Source of the DNA: Planctomycetota bacterium
GTDB lineage: Bacteria; Planctomycetota; UBA1135; UBA2386
Length of the DNA: 48,177 nt
Assembly (NCBI GenBank): GCA_040375075.1
Contig: JBEITC010000001.1
Span: 1-48,177 of the forward strand
Reading direction: 5' to 3'
The position numbers and the translations under genes are program-made. Shown here in pieces: positions 1 to 8,414 of this stretch. The notes below the pieces were generated by a model. That model saw only the letters and a program-made list of their open reading frames with translations. It did no database searches and was not told where the DNA came from. How positions within the stretch are numbered: the first letter of the stretch is position 1; each line of letters opens with the position of its first letter.

Positions 1-30
1 AACCGGCCGCGCCCGCGGCGGCCAGCGCGA

Positions 31-1536
31 TCAGAAGGCCTTGAAGCTGCGCAGCCACTTCGTGTTCTGGCAGAGGAAGCACTTGGAGCGGACGATCCGG
101 CCCTCGGGGCCGAGCTCCGGCAGGCTGCCTTCGCCGTTGCAGCTGATGCAGGGCGAAACCGTGGCGAAGGTCATCGCCAACTGGCCGCCGAACTCCGCGT
201 AGTAGGCGCGCAGCCAACCGATGCGGTCGATGCGCTCCGCCTGACGCCACCAGTCCTCGTCCGTCACCTCGCGCTGCTCGGCGCCCTGCGACTGCGCCGC
301 CTGCCGGCGCTCCTGCGCCTGCCGCAGCAGCTTCGACAGACGATCGAGCTGCGGGTTCGACCCGGCGGCCGCCGTGTCGCCACTGCGCTCCTTCTGTGCG
401 GCATTGGACTTGCCCTGCTGCGTGTCCTTGAGGATCGCAGGCTCCCCCAGCGTCCACGAACCGAGTCCGTAGCTGAAGGCCTCCGGGCGCCGGCCGAGCG
501 CGTTGTCCTTGCGGCCGGCCCACAGCGACTTCACCTCCGCCGCGTCGAGCTTCAACGCGCCGCTGACGCGGGTGACGATGTCGTCGGTCATCTTGCCGGT
601 CGCGTAGTCACGCGCCGCTTGCAGCGTCAGGCCGGCGTCGCCGCAGGCCTTGTCGGCGACGACGCGGATCGACTCGCGCCACCGCTCGGCCACCTGGCCG
701 GTCAGGTAGCGCGTGCGGGACTCGGCGAACCGACGCTTCTCGGCGTCGAACTCGGCCTTGAGCTTCGTCTGCGGGTACTCCTTCTCGAACTGCGCGATGA
801 GCTTGCCGCCCTTGTCGAAGTCGGCGAGGCCGCCGCGGCTGCGCGCCGCCTGGATGTCCTCCAGCAGCTTCAGCTCCTTCGCGGCTTCCTTGTAGCGCTG
901 CAGCTTGCCCGCCAAGGCGTCGATCTGCGGCGGGTTCTTGCTGTTGCCGGCGGCGCGCGCCTTCTCGACGTGCTCGAGCGCCCGGTCGTAGTCGCGCACC
1001 TTCATCAGCTGCTCGGCGACCAGCAGATGCTTGTCGGCGTCGCCGCCCGGACTCATCTGCGTGACGAGGTCGGAGTAGTACTCCTCGCGCGTCATCACCT
1101 GCGTCACCGGCGCGTCGATCTTGCGCACGCCGACGACGTCGCGGCGCTTGATGACGCTGGGCACGCCCTTCTGCTGCACGACGATCGTGTCGGCTCCCTG
1201 CTCGACGATGCGGCCGAGCGCCGTGCGCCGCGTGCCGCCGATCTCGTAGGTCACCTCGTCGGCGCGGACGGTGATCTCCTCCTGGGCGTCGCCGGCGAGG
1301 TCGAAGCGCTTCTTCCAGGCCGTTGCGCTGGCCGGCGTGAGGTGGTCCCAGCGCAGGTCGAGCATGCCGCCGTTGTCGAGCCGGCGGACGCGCATGCCTT
1401 CGCCGGTGACGCTGCCGGGCTCGACCTCGGCCAGCAGCACGCGACCGTCGGCGAGTTGCACCGACTGGGCGCGCGCACCGGCGACGAACGCCAAGGCGAG
1501 CAGGAGGAACGCGAGCGGGAAACGCATCATGGCCAT
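31..1536 (-). CDS. secreted protein of unknown function with C-terminal CxxC...CxxC zinc-ribbon-like motif; last gene of the pseudopilus operon
   Basis: ORF frame 31..1815 trimmed to the in-frame signal-peptide-like start MAMMRFPLAFLLLALAFVAGARA. The ATG at 1536 shares one base with the TGA of the upstream gene. The middle is charged and helical. The C-terminus reads SPCISCNGEGS...KCFLCQ, a CxxCxGxG ... CxxC pattern. No family recognised. Confidence 0.65.
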   Translation of the reverse strand: MAMMRFPLAFLLLALAFVAGARAQSVQLADGRVLLAEVEPGSVTGEGMRVRRLDNGGMLDLRWDHLTPASATAWKKRFDLAGDAQEEITVRADEVTYEIGGTRRTALGRIVEQGADTIVVQQKGVPSVIKRRDVVGVRKIDAPVTQVMTREEYYSDLVTQMSPGGDADKHLLVAEQLMKVRDYDRALEHVEKARAAGNSKNPPQIDALAGKLQRYKEAAKELKLLEDIQAARSRGGLADFDKGGKLIAQFEKEYPQTKLKAEFDAEKRRFAESRTRYLTGQVAERWRESIRVVADKACGDAGLTLQAARDYATGKMTDDIVTRVSGALKLDAAEVKSLWAGRKDNALGRRPEAFSYGLGSWTLGEPAILKDTQQGKSNAAQKERSGDTAAAGSNPQLDRLSKLLRQAQERRQAAQSQGAEQREVTDEDWWRQAERIDRIGWLRAYYAEFGGQLAMTFATVSPCISCNGEGSLPELGPEGRIVRSKCFLCQNTKWLRSFKAF

Positions 1537-2006
1537 CACCTGTCCGTAGTCTCCACAGCGTCGCCGCGGGAGGTCAACACCCGGTCGCGCAACGGCGCCT
1601 GCCGCGGCACGACCCTGAGGTACTCCGACACCACTTCTTCGCCGGCGTCGAACCACTTGGCTTCGATGCGCAGCAACCAGACCGTCGGGCGGTCGTCGTC
1701 GGCGATGGCGCGCACGGACCAGCGAAGGCCCGGGAAGCCAGCCCAAGGTTGGTCGACGAGCGGCTTGAACTCCAGTTCCAACGGCGACGAACTGCCGTCG
1801 CGCCCCGCGACGCACTCGTGCATCGCCCGGTGGACGACGTGCTCGACGAGCGCCGTCGTCTCGAGGCGCACGTCGGCGGTGCGCCGCTGGCCGATGCTGC
1901 TCGCCATCGCCGCGAGCAGCGACGTGACGCCGAACAGCAGGATGCCGAGCGCGGCGAGCATCTCGGCGAGCGTGAAGCCGGCTTCGTGACGACGAGGATC
2001 AACCAT
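1536..2006 (-). CDS. minor pseudopilin with prepilin-type N-terminal cleavage/methylation domain (156 aa, GspI/J-like by size and position)
   Basis: Frame 1536..2075 trimmed to MVDPRRHEAGFTLAEMLAALGILLFGV. G|FTLxE followed by a hydrophobic helix is the class-III (type IV pilin) signal. The ATG at 2006 overlaps the upstream stop (1999-2001) by 8 nt. Confidence 0.8.
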   Translation of the reverse strand: MVDPRRHEAGFTLAEMLAALGILLFGVTSLLAAMASSIGQRRTADVRLETTALVEHVVHRAMHECVAGRDGSSSPLELEFKPLVDQPWAGFPGLRWSVRAIADDDRPTVWLLRIEAKWFDAGEEVVSEYLRVVPRQAPLRDRVLTSRGDAVETTDR

Positions 2007-3213
2007 TCCAATCGTCCTTCGCGTGCAGCACGGGCACGACGAACTCGACGCCGCGGCCGACGTGCACGCGTGCACCGCTCGGATGATCCTTCGCAGTGGT
2101 GCCGCGCAGGCCGCGTCGCAGGCCGCGCAGCTCGTCGCCGCTGCGTTCGGCGTAGGCGATCCACTCGGTGCGCACCTTGATCCAACCGCCGTCGACCGGG
2201 CCGGGGAAGCGATCGCCGTCGTAGAGCCGCAGCGTCGTGTCGTCGTTGACGAGGTCGGTCGCGAGCAGGCCCTCGGGCGCGTACTCGGCCGGCTGCGCCA
2301 CCACCATCCGGACGAGGATCGCGTGCGGGTGCACGTCGTCGCGCGGGTCGCTGGCGCTGGCAGCGCCGCGGTCGAACGGGAACTCGCCGCCAGACGCGGC
2401 GTCGACCAGCCAGCCGCCGCGGGCGCTGTCCCAGCAGCGCAACGCCGCGCCCCCGCCCGCCGTCGTGCCGTCGTCGCGGCCCCATTGGCGGGTCCGCTGC
2501 GACCACAGCAGGAACTCGACGTGCAGCAGATTGCCGACCAGCGGTTGCGTCAGCGTCCAGGCCGCGAGCCCCGGCAGATCCGGCGAGCCCGGCAGCGGCA
2601 CGTCGAACGGATCGACGAAACGATCGGGACCGACCGGCACCACCTGGCCCGGCAGCAGCCACGCCGCGCGCAGTTCGAGCAGCGCTTCGTCGGCGCCTTC
2701 CTGCCGCCACGGCAGCAGCAGCAGGTTGCCGTGGCCGCGCAACGGCAAGCCTTGGCGCCCGGTCGCGATGGCCTTCTCGAGCTCGACGCCGGCGAGCGTC
2801 GGTTGTTCGCGCAGCAGTTCGGCGGCGATCTTGGCGTCGAGCAGCGGCAGTTCGCGGTCCGGTGGCAGCCGGACGGCGCCGCGCAGGACCTGGATCTTCG
2901 TCGCGCCACGCTCCGCCCGCGGCGGCAGACCGAGCGGCAGTTCCTGCACGACGAGCCGGTCGGTGACGAACGGCGATTCCCGCCCGGTCGGCGCGCCGCG
3001 CAGCAGCGCAAGTTCCTGCGTGACGCGCCGCTGTGCCGTGCTGGCGCGGTCGGCGAGCGACTGGCCGAGCTCGCCTTCGCCGAACAGGCGCAGGCCGCCA
3101 TCGACGAGTTGCGCCAGCATCAGCAGGAAGCCGGTGAGGATGCCCATGACGACGAGCAGCTCGATCAGCGTGAAGCCATCGCTGCGGCGGGGCGCGCGGA
3201 GCGTCGCGTTCAT
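1999..3213 (-). CDS. large pseudopilin-like protein with prepilin-type N-terminal methylation domain (404 aa)
   Basis: Only the last 404 codons of the 1591-aa ORF 1999..6774 look real. They start MNATLRAPRRSDGFTLIELLVVMGILTGFLL, a class-III signal. The ATG at 3213 forms an ATGA overlap with the stop of the giant upstream gene (3210-3212). The remaining upstream part of the ORF is Arg/Ala/Pro-rich wrong-frame sequence. Confidence 0.8.
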   Translation of the reverse strand: MNATLRAPRRSDGFTLIELLVVMGILTGFLLMLAQLVDGGLRLFGEGELGQSLADRASTAQRRVTQELALLRGAPTGRESPFVTDRLVVQELPLGLPPRAERGATKIQVLRGAVRLPPDRELPLLDAKIAAELLREQPTLAGVELEKAIATGRQGLPLRGHGNLLLLPWRQEGADEALLELRAAWLLPGQVVPVGPDRFVDPFDVPLPGSPDLPGLAAWTLTQPLVGNLLHVEFLLWSQRTRQWGRDDGTTAGGGAALRCWDSARGGWLVDAASGGEFPFDRGAASASDPRDDVHPHAILVRMVVAQPAEYAPEGLLATDLVNDDTTLRLYDGDRFPGPVDGGWIKVRTEWIAYAERSGDELRGLRRGLRGTTAKDHPSGARVHVGRGVEFVVPVLHAKDDWNG

Positions 3214-6200
3214 CGGGCGGTGATCTCCTCGGCGAGCACGCGGGCCTGGCCTTCGTACTCGACGCGCACGTCCTCGACCTTCGCCGTGGTCTTCCAGCCG
3301 TGCGCCCGGTACGTGACCAGGTCGACACAGCCCGGCTGGTAGCGGGTGAAGAACCGCAGCTCGAGCAGCGCGCCGTGATGCATCAGGCGATGTGGCGGCG
3401 CGTCGGCGCTGCCGCCGCGCAGTTCCCACAGCCCGGCAGCCGGCAGCGCCACGCTGTCCCACGAAAGCTTGCCGTCGACGCGCGCGCGGCACATCAGCTC
3501 GACGCGCGCATCCTGGGTCTCCTGGCGCCAGCGCAGCGTCTTGAAGAAGCCTGGAGCCTCGTTGGCCGAGAGTTGGAAGTAGGCGAGCTCCGGGTCGTCG
3601 CTGCGTTCGACGTAACGGTCCCAGTAGCGGATCGGGAACCACACCAGCGCCTGCCCGGCGGCGCCGGTCGCCGGCGTGGTGCCAAAGCGCCCGCGGAACA
3701 GCCCGCGCGGCTGGCCGCCACCCGGCTCGTCGTCGCCCGGGTAGTGGCGCGGCATCTCGAGCTGCGACTGGTCGCCGTTGCGGCGCACCCAGGTGTAGTG
3801 CAGCAACTCCGTGCCGAGCAGCGCCGTGCCGTTGCGCGGCGGCAGCGCGCCGAGGTCCTGCAGCGGGACCTGTGCGTCGCGCACGCCGACGCCGCCAGCG
3901 AGGATCGCCGCCGGACGGTGCGACAGGAACTGCACGCGGGCGCCGCGGCCATGCCCGCGCGGTTGCGTGTTGAGCATGCCGCGGCCGTTGACCGCCACCT
4001 GGAACGTGCCGTCGGCGTGCGTCTGGTAGGCCACCACTTCGTCGTCGATCTGCACGAGGCCGCCGGTCTGCGGGAAGGCCGGCGTGATGTCGTTGGCGAA
4101 GTAGAGCGGCCCGGCCGAGGTCACGTCGATGCTGCGCTGGACGCGGAACGTCTGCGCCGAATCGTTGACGTCGTCGTCGATCACGAGCGTCGGCCGCGCG
4201 TGCTGCACCAGCTCGACCTCGTCGACCATGCCCTGCATCTGCTGGCTGTTGCCCAGACCGGAGCCGAGCGTCGGCTGCTGGCACCACGCCGCCGGCAGCT
4301 CGCCGCTCGGGAACTTGACGAGTCGGTCGAAGCGGCGCGGATCGAACAGCGGCGTGCCACGCGGCGGGCCGAGGTAGGCGTTGGTGACCTGGTCCTGGAA
4401 CGCGACCAGCTGGAACGGCCACGGCCCCAAGCGCTCGGCCGGAACCTGGTTCTGCTGCAGGTTGTCGGCCTCGTAGCGGCGGCACGACCAGTTGACCGTC
4501 TGCCACTCGACCGGCGGCCGCTGCGTGCCGGTCGCGACCGAGCCCTGCACCATGGCGACCCGGTCGAGCCGGCCAGCGCGGCCGGTGTAGGCGCCGAAGT
4601 TGCCCCACTGCAGCTGCATGCGGTGGCAGGCCGTCACCATCGCGTTCGGTTGCGGGTGCGGCGAGGTGCCGGTGAACGGATCGCCGCGGAACGCCAGCGC
4701 GCGGCGCGCGGCATGGATCTGCGGCCACGTGCTCTCGACCTGCGGCGTGTAGCCGATGTAGCCGGACGTGGCCGCGACCTGGGGCCATGGCGGCGTCGAG
4801 GCCGAGGGCTGCGCGTTCGGACCGAGCGGGCCGACGTCGACCTGGGCCGCACCGATGCGGTTGGTCAGCACGAAGCGCACCGACTCCCACGCGGAGCGGT
4901 TGGCGCGGCAGATGTGGCGGCGGTCGGCGATCACGTCGTAGCGCACCCATTCGGTGTCCACGGCGTTCCCGCCCTGCGGCATCAGTTGGCAGAACTGCGT
5001 CAGTTGCAACGTCTGCGGATCCCAAAGCACCTGCGTGTTGGCGACCGGCAGCGAGATCGGCACGACGAAGACGATCTCCGTCGGCAGGTCGTCGAGGATC
5101 TTGCCGGGTTCCTGCGGCAGGCCGTAGTCCTCGTAGTTGACGACGAAGCGGCGCGGTCGGCCGTCGAACTGGTCGGTCGGGATCTGGCCGTCCTGACCCG
5201 GCAGCGCCTGCTGCTGCGCGCGCGTCACGCCGGTCAGCTGGTTGCCCTGGCGCGCGGTGAACTTGATCACCTCGACGCCACCGAAGGTCGCGGACGCCGA
5301 CGTCGTCGCTTGCGAGCGATCCCATCGCTGCAGGCCCTGCACGAGCAGCGCGTAGCCGCCGGTCGTCGGGAAGGCGTTGAGGATCTGTTCGTTGGCGGCG
5401 CTCGGCGGGTACGTGCGACCGGTCGGCACCGGGTCCGCCAGCAGGATGTTGCCGGTCCACGTCTCGTCGAGGCCCGTGCCGATCGGGAACGACGGCCCCT
5501 GCGGGATCGTGATCGTGATCGGTCGCGGGTTGTCGATGAAGCAGCGCGCCACCGCGAAGCCGCCGATGGAGCCCTCGATCGTCGTCTTGCCGACCATCAT
5601 CGGCGTGTCCTCGCTGAGCGGCAGCGACCAGCCGGCCAGTTCGACCAGCGAGCCAGCCGGGTGTGCCGGGAACACGTCGAGGTTCACGCCCTGGAACTGC
5701 GAGCTGTTGATGTCGACCGTCGGGTTGCCTTGCGCGTCGACCGGAATGTCGGGGCGCATCTCGCGGCCGCGCATGCGCGCCGCGCGCCCGCCCATCGAGT
5801 CGTTCCACTGGCAGCGGAACGAGTTGCCGCGCACGCTCGTGTACTCGAACAGCTCGGTGCCGATGCGCAGCAGGCCGACGGGCGGGAAGCCCTCGGTGCT
5901 CTCGACCTGCAGGTCGACGTAGCGGTCGTTGCCGGCGACGCCCGGGAGCGTCTGGTTGTTGGCCAGCTGCGGGTCGAACACCGGCAGCGACGCCGTCAGG
6001 TAGGTCTGGAAGCGCGGCTTGCCGCGCGGGAAGCCGTCGACGTGCAGCGAAAGGTCCGACGGCCGTCCGCCAGCGGCCTGGAACGCCACGTGGACCGGCG
6101 TGTTGGCCGGCAGACCGAGCTCGGCGAGCGGCAAGACCACTTGCGTGGCGGTGCGCGGCACACCGGCCGGCGACGCGCCTGGATTGGGGTCGAGGCCAGC

Positions 6201-8414
6201 CTCGTCGATCGACTCGAGCAGCAGGTTGCCGTCGCGTGCTTCGAGCGCGAGCCGGTTGCGCTGGTCGCTGCCATCGCCGTGCTCGAACAGCGTCACCGCG
6301 CCGAGCGCCTGCGGCTCGAACCACGCGCTGAGCGCCAACTTGCCGAGGAAGCTGTCCTGCGTGCTGAACGGGAACGCGATCTGGTCGTGCCGGCCGGTGC
6401 CCTGCTGCGTCGTCGCCTGACGTTGCTGCTGCGGTTGGTTGCCTTGGCCAGGCTGGCCTTGCGGCTGCGACGGACCATTGTTGTTGAGCAGCAGCGCTCC
6501 GAGCTTGCTGACGTCGTGGCCACGCACGTCCTGCGCGGCCCAGAACGTCTCCTGCACGCGCAGCGTCGGCGAGATGCGGTAGTTGCCCGGCATCGCGGTC
6601 GCCGGCGCTGCTTGGATGCCGGCCGCGGCGTCGTCGCGGGCCGGGAAGCGCAACTGGCCGAAGCCGAGGTTGGGGAACGCCGCCGCAAGCAGGTGCGGCG
6701 CCGCGCGACTCGCCGGGTCGTTGCCCGGTGAATTGGGCTGCAAGGCGCCGAGGTTGACCGGGTTGGTCGTCCAATAGGGCGCGCGGCGATCGAGCAGGAA
6801 CGCTTCTTCGAACTGCTCCTGCGTCGACCAGCGGCGTTCGACGCCGAAGCCCGGCACGGCGGCGGCAACGCCGGTGCGCTCATTGCGTGCGGCCACGCCC
6901 GGCGCCAGCGAACTGCGCGTGCGGCTGGCAGCGGCGCGGTAGGCCATCCACGGCCCCGACTGGAAGCAGATGGGTGCCGTGCCCATCTCGAGCACCGTGT
7001 CACGGCCGGTCTGCAGGTTGCGGTAGACGTTGATCAGCAGCGAGCTCTCGTCCTGGCTGGCCGCCGCTTCGAGCCGCGGTCGCCACAGGCGCTCGACGAG
7101 GTCTTGCCAGCCGGTGAACGGGCCCGTGCCTGCCGTGTCGGTCGCGGTGCGGAGCAGCACGAGGTCGTCGGCGAGCTGGCGCGCCTTGTCGCGGGAGAAC
7201 ACCGGCGGCGACGTCCGGATGGTGCCGGACTCGCTCTGTCGCACCTGCGGCGGCTGGCGCAACTGCGTCAGCAAGGCGGCGAGGACCTCAGCGCTCGCGG
7301 TGTTGGCGTTCACCGGCGGCGGCACGAGCGGCTCGACCACCGTGTCGATGGCGGGGAAGTCCTGCAGCACGGCGTGCAGCAGGTTGAGCAGGAACGTGCT
7401 CGGCAACGCCACGGCCTGCTGGCCGGTGGCCGATGCCGTGCCGACGACGAGGCCGTGCTCGACCGCGCCGGTGCGCAGGTTGCGCAGCCGCACCGTGCTG
7501 CCGGGACCGAGGTGCAGCGCGGACTTGACGATCAGCGTCCGCGCGCCGGGCGCGAGGTCGCCGAACACGCGCTCGGGACGCCCCCACTGAGGCGCCGTGA
7601 CCGCCTGGGTGTCGAGCGCGAAGTTGGCGCGCAGCAGGTCGAGCTCGGCCGGCGTGAACGCGCCAGCGCCGGCACGCTCGATCTCCAGCAGGTCGCCGAC
7701 CGCCTGCCACGGCTTGCGCGTGCGCCGCGTCGCGTCGGCCATGTTCGGCCAGTTGCTCGCCAGGACGCAGCGCCAGTCGAGCAGCAACGTCTGCGCCGGG
7801 ATCGGCTCGCGACCGTCGCCGAACTCCGGCGCGTCGATGGCGCGTTGCAACTGCCGCAGCGAGCTGCCGTCCTTGCCGCCGTAGCGGATCAACTCGCCGC
7901 CGACGAAGACCATGCCGCTCTCCGGCAGGTTCGTGGCGTCGTCGACCGCGATGGCGTCGGCGTCGGGCAGCAACTCTTCGCGGAGGCGCGTCGTCGATCC
8001 CAGCACGTTGGCGATCAGCAGCGGCGAGGCGCCGTCCAGCGACGGGAAACGCTGCAGGTCGACGACGCCGCCGCCGAACACGACCTTGCCGTCCTCGCCC
8101 AGCGGCGCGAACGCCTTGGGCAGGTCGACGCGCGCCGGGAACTCGTCGATGCCGTCGTAGAGCGGCGTCGGGTCGATCGCCGGGTGCGAGAGCGCCGCGT
8201 CGGCGAGCAGCAGTTCGCGCACGCTGGCCGAGCCCTGCGTCACCGCCGCTTCCTCGACATCGCGCTGCGCTGCGTCGGCGCCGACCGACATCGACACCGC
8301 GAACGGCAGCGCCAGCAGCATCAGCAGCGTCAAGGCGAAGAGCACGGCGAGCAACGCCATGCCGGCGGCGCGATCCGCCATGCCGGCGGCGCGACCAATC
8401 GTCGAGCGAATCAT
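3210..8414 (-). CDS. giant GspK-like minor pseudopilin / filament tip protein (1734 aa)
   Basis: Frame 3210..8510 trimmed to MIRSTIG..., whose ATG at 8414 makes an ATGA overlap with the upstream stop at 8411-8413. The N-terminus GMALLAVLFALTLLMLLALPF resembles the GspK-type anchor (no Glu5). VNANTASAEVLAALL (nt 7272-7313) resembles the GspK NxNTA...L helix-hairpin-helix motif. Further features are a LamG-like block (about nt 6015-6347), a Gln-rich linker (about 6410-6500) and several copies of a GxE(L/V)(I/V)xY...RG..GT module. Confidence 0.75.
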   Translation of the reverse strand: MIRSTIGRAAGMADRAAGMALLAVLFALTLLMLLALPFAVSMSVGADAAQRDVEEAAVTQGSASVRELLLADAALSHPAIDPTPLYDGIDEFPARVDLPKAFAPLGEDGKVVFGGGVVDLQRFPSLDGASPLLIANVLGSTTRLREELLPDADAIAVDDATNLPESGMVFVGGELIRYGGKDGSSLRQLQRAIDAPEFGDGREPIPAQTLLLDWRCVLASNWPNMADATRRTRKPWQAVGDLLEIERAGAGAFTPAELDLLRANFALDTQAVTAPQWGRPERVFGDLAPGARTLIVKSALHLGPGSTVRLRNLRTGAVEHGLVVGTASATGQQAVALPSTFLLNLLHAVLQDFPAIDTVVEPLVPPPVNANTASAEVLAALLTQLRQPPQVRQSESGTIRTSPPVFSRDKARQLADDLVLLRTATDTAGTGPFTGWQDLVERLWRPRLEAAASQDESSLLINVYRNLQTGRDTVLEMGTAPICFQSGPWMAYRAAASRTRSSLAPGVAARNERTGVAAAVPGFGVERRWSTQEQFEEAFLLDRRAPYWTTNPVNLGALQPNSPGNDPASRAAPHLLAAAFPNLGFGQLRFPARDDAAAGIQAAPATAMPGNYRISPTLRVQETFWAAQDVRGHDVSKLGALLLNNNGPSQPQGQPGQGNQPQQQRQATTQQGTGRHDQIAFPFSTQDSFLGKLALSAWFEPQALGAVTLFEHGDGSDQRNRLALEARDGNLLLESIDEAGLDPNPGASPAGVPRTATQVVLPLAELGLPANTPVHVAFQAAGGRPSDLSLHVDGFPRGKPRFQTYLTASLPVFDPQLANNQTLPGVAGNDRYVDLQVESTEGFPPVGLLRIGTELFEYTSVRGNSFRCQWNDSMGGRAARMRGREMRPDIPVDAQGNPTVDINSSQFQGVNLDVFPAHPAGSLVELAGWSLPLSEDTPMMVGKTTIEGSIGGFAVARCFIDNPRPITITIPQGPSFPIGTGLDETWTGNILLADPVPTGRTYPPSAANEQILNAFPTTGGYALLVQGLQRWDRSQATTSASATFGGVEVIKFTARQGNQLTGVTRAQQQALPGQDGQIPTDQFDGRPRRFVVNYEDYGLPQEPGKILDDLPTEIVFVVPISLPVANTQVLWDPQTLQLTQFCQLMPQGGNAVDTEWVRYDVIADRRHICRANRSAWESVRFVLTNRIGAAQVDVGPLGPNAQPSASTPPWPQVAATSGYIGYTPQVESTWPQIHAARRALAFRGDPFTGTSPHPQPNAMVTACHRMQLQWGNFGAYTGRAGRLDRVAMVQGSVATGTQRPPVEWQTVNWSCRRYEADNLQQNQVPAERLGPWPFQLVAFQDQVTNAYLGPPRGTPLFDPRRFDRLVKFPSGELPAAWCQQPTLGSGLGNSQQMQGMVDEVELVQHARPTLVIDDDVNDSAQTFRVQRSIDVTSAGPLYFANDITPAFPQTGGLVQIDDEVVAYQTHADGTFQVAVNGRGMLNTQPRGHGRGARVQFLSHRPAAILAGGVGVRDAQVPLQDLGALPPRNGTALLGTELLHYTWVRRNGDQSQLEMPRHYPGDDEPGGGQPRGLFRGRFGTTPATGAAGQALVWFPIRYWDRYVERSDDPELAYFQLSANEAPGFFKTLRWRQETQDARVELMCRARVDGKLSWDSVALPAAGLWELRGGSADAPPHRLMHHGALLELRFFTRYQPGCVDLVTYRAHGWKTTAKVEDVRVEYEGQARVLAEEITAR
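8355..8396 (-). repeat. perfect-phase 21-bp tandem duplication (2 units, 20/21 identical) inside the 5' end of the giant gene
   Basis: Plus strand reads cgccatgccggcggcgcgatc (8355-8375) followed by cgccatgccggcggcgcgacc (8376-8396). It encodes RAAGMAD/RAAGMAL just before the membrane anchor and creates two extra in-frame ATG codons. Confidence 0.85.

Noticed and set aside
6410-6500. Gln/Pro/Gly-rich stretch that looked like a nucleotide-level simple repeat.
   Set aside because: It is an imperfect CAG/CCG-rich low-complexity linker within the giant ORF, in frame, not a discrete tandem repeat or separate element.
3300-6731. 1143-aa plus-strand ORF, together with the upstream 1187 aa of the 1591-aa minus ORF 1999..6774, both overlapping the giant gene.
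   Set aside because: The composition is dominated by Arg/Ala/Gly/Pro/Asp runs with no hydrophobic cores or family motifs, which is typical of wrong-frame or antisense reading in very GC-rich DNA. The overlapping frame 3210..8414 carries recognisable pseudopilin features and operon-consistent start/stop overlaps.
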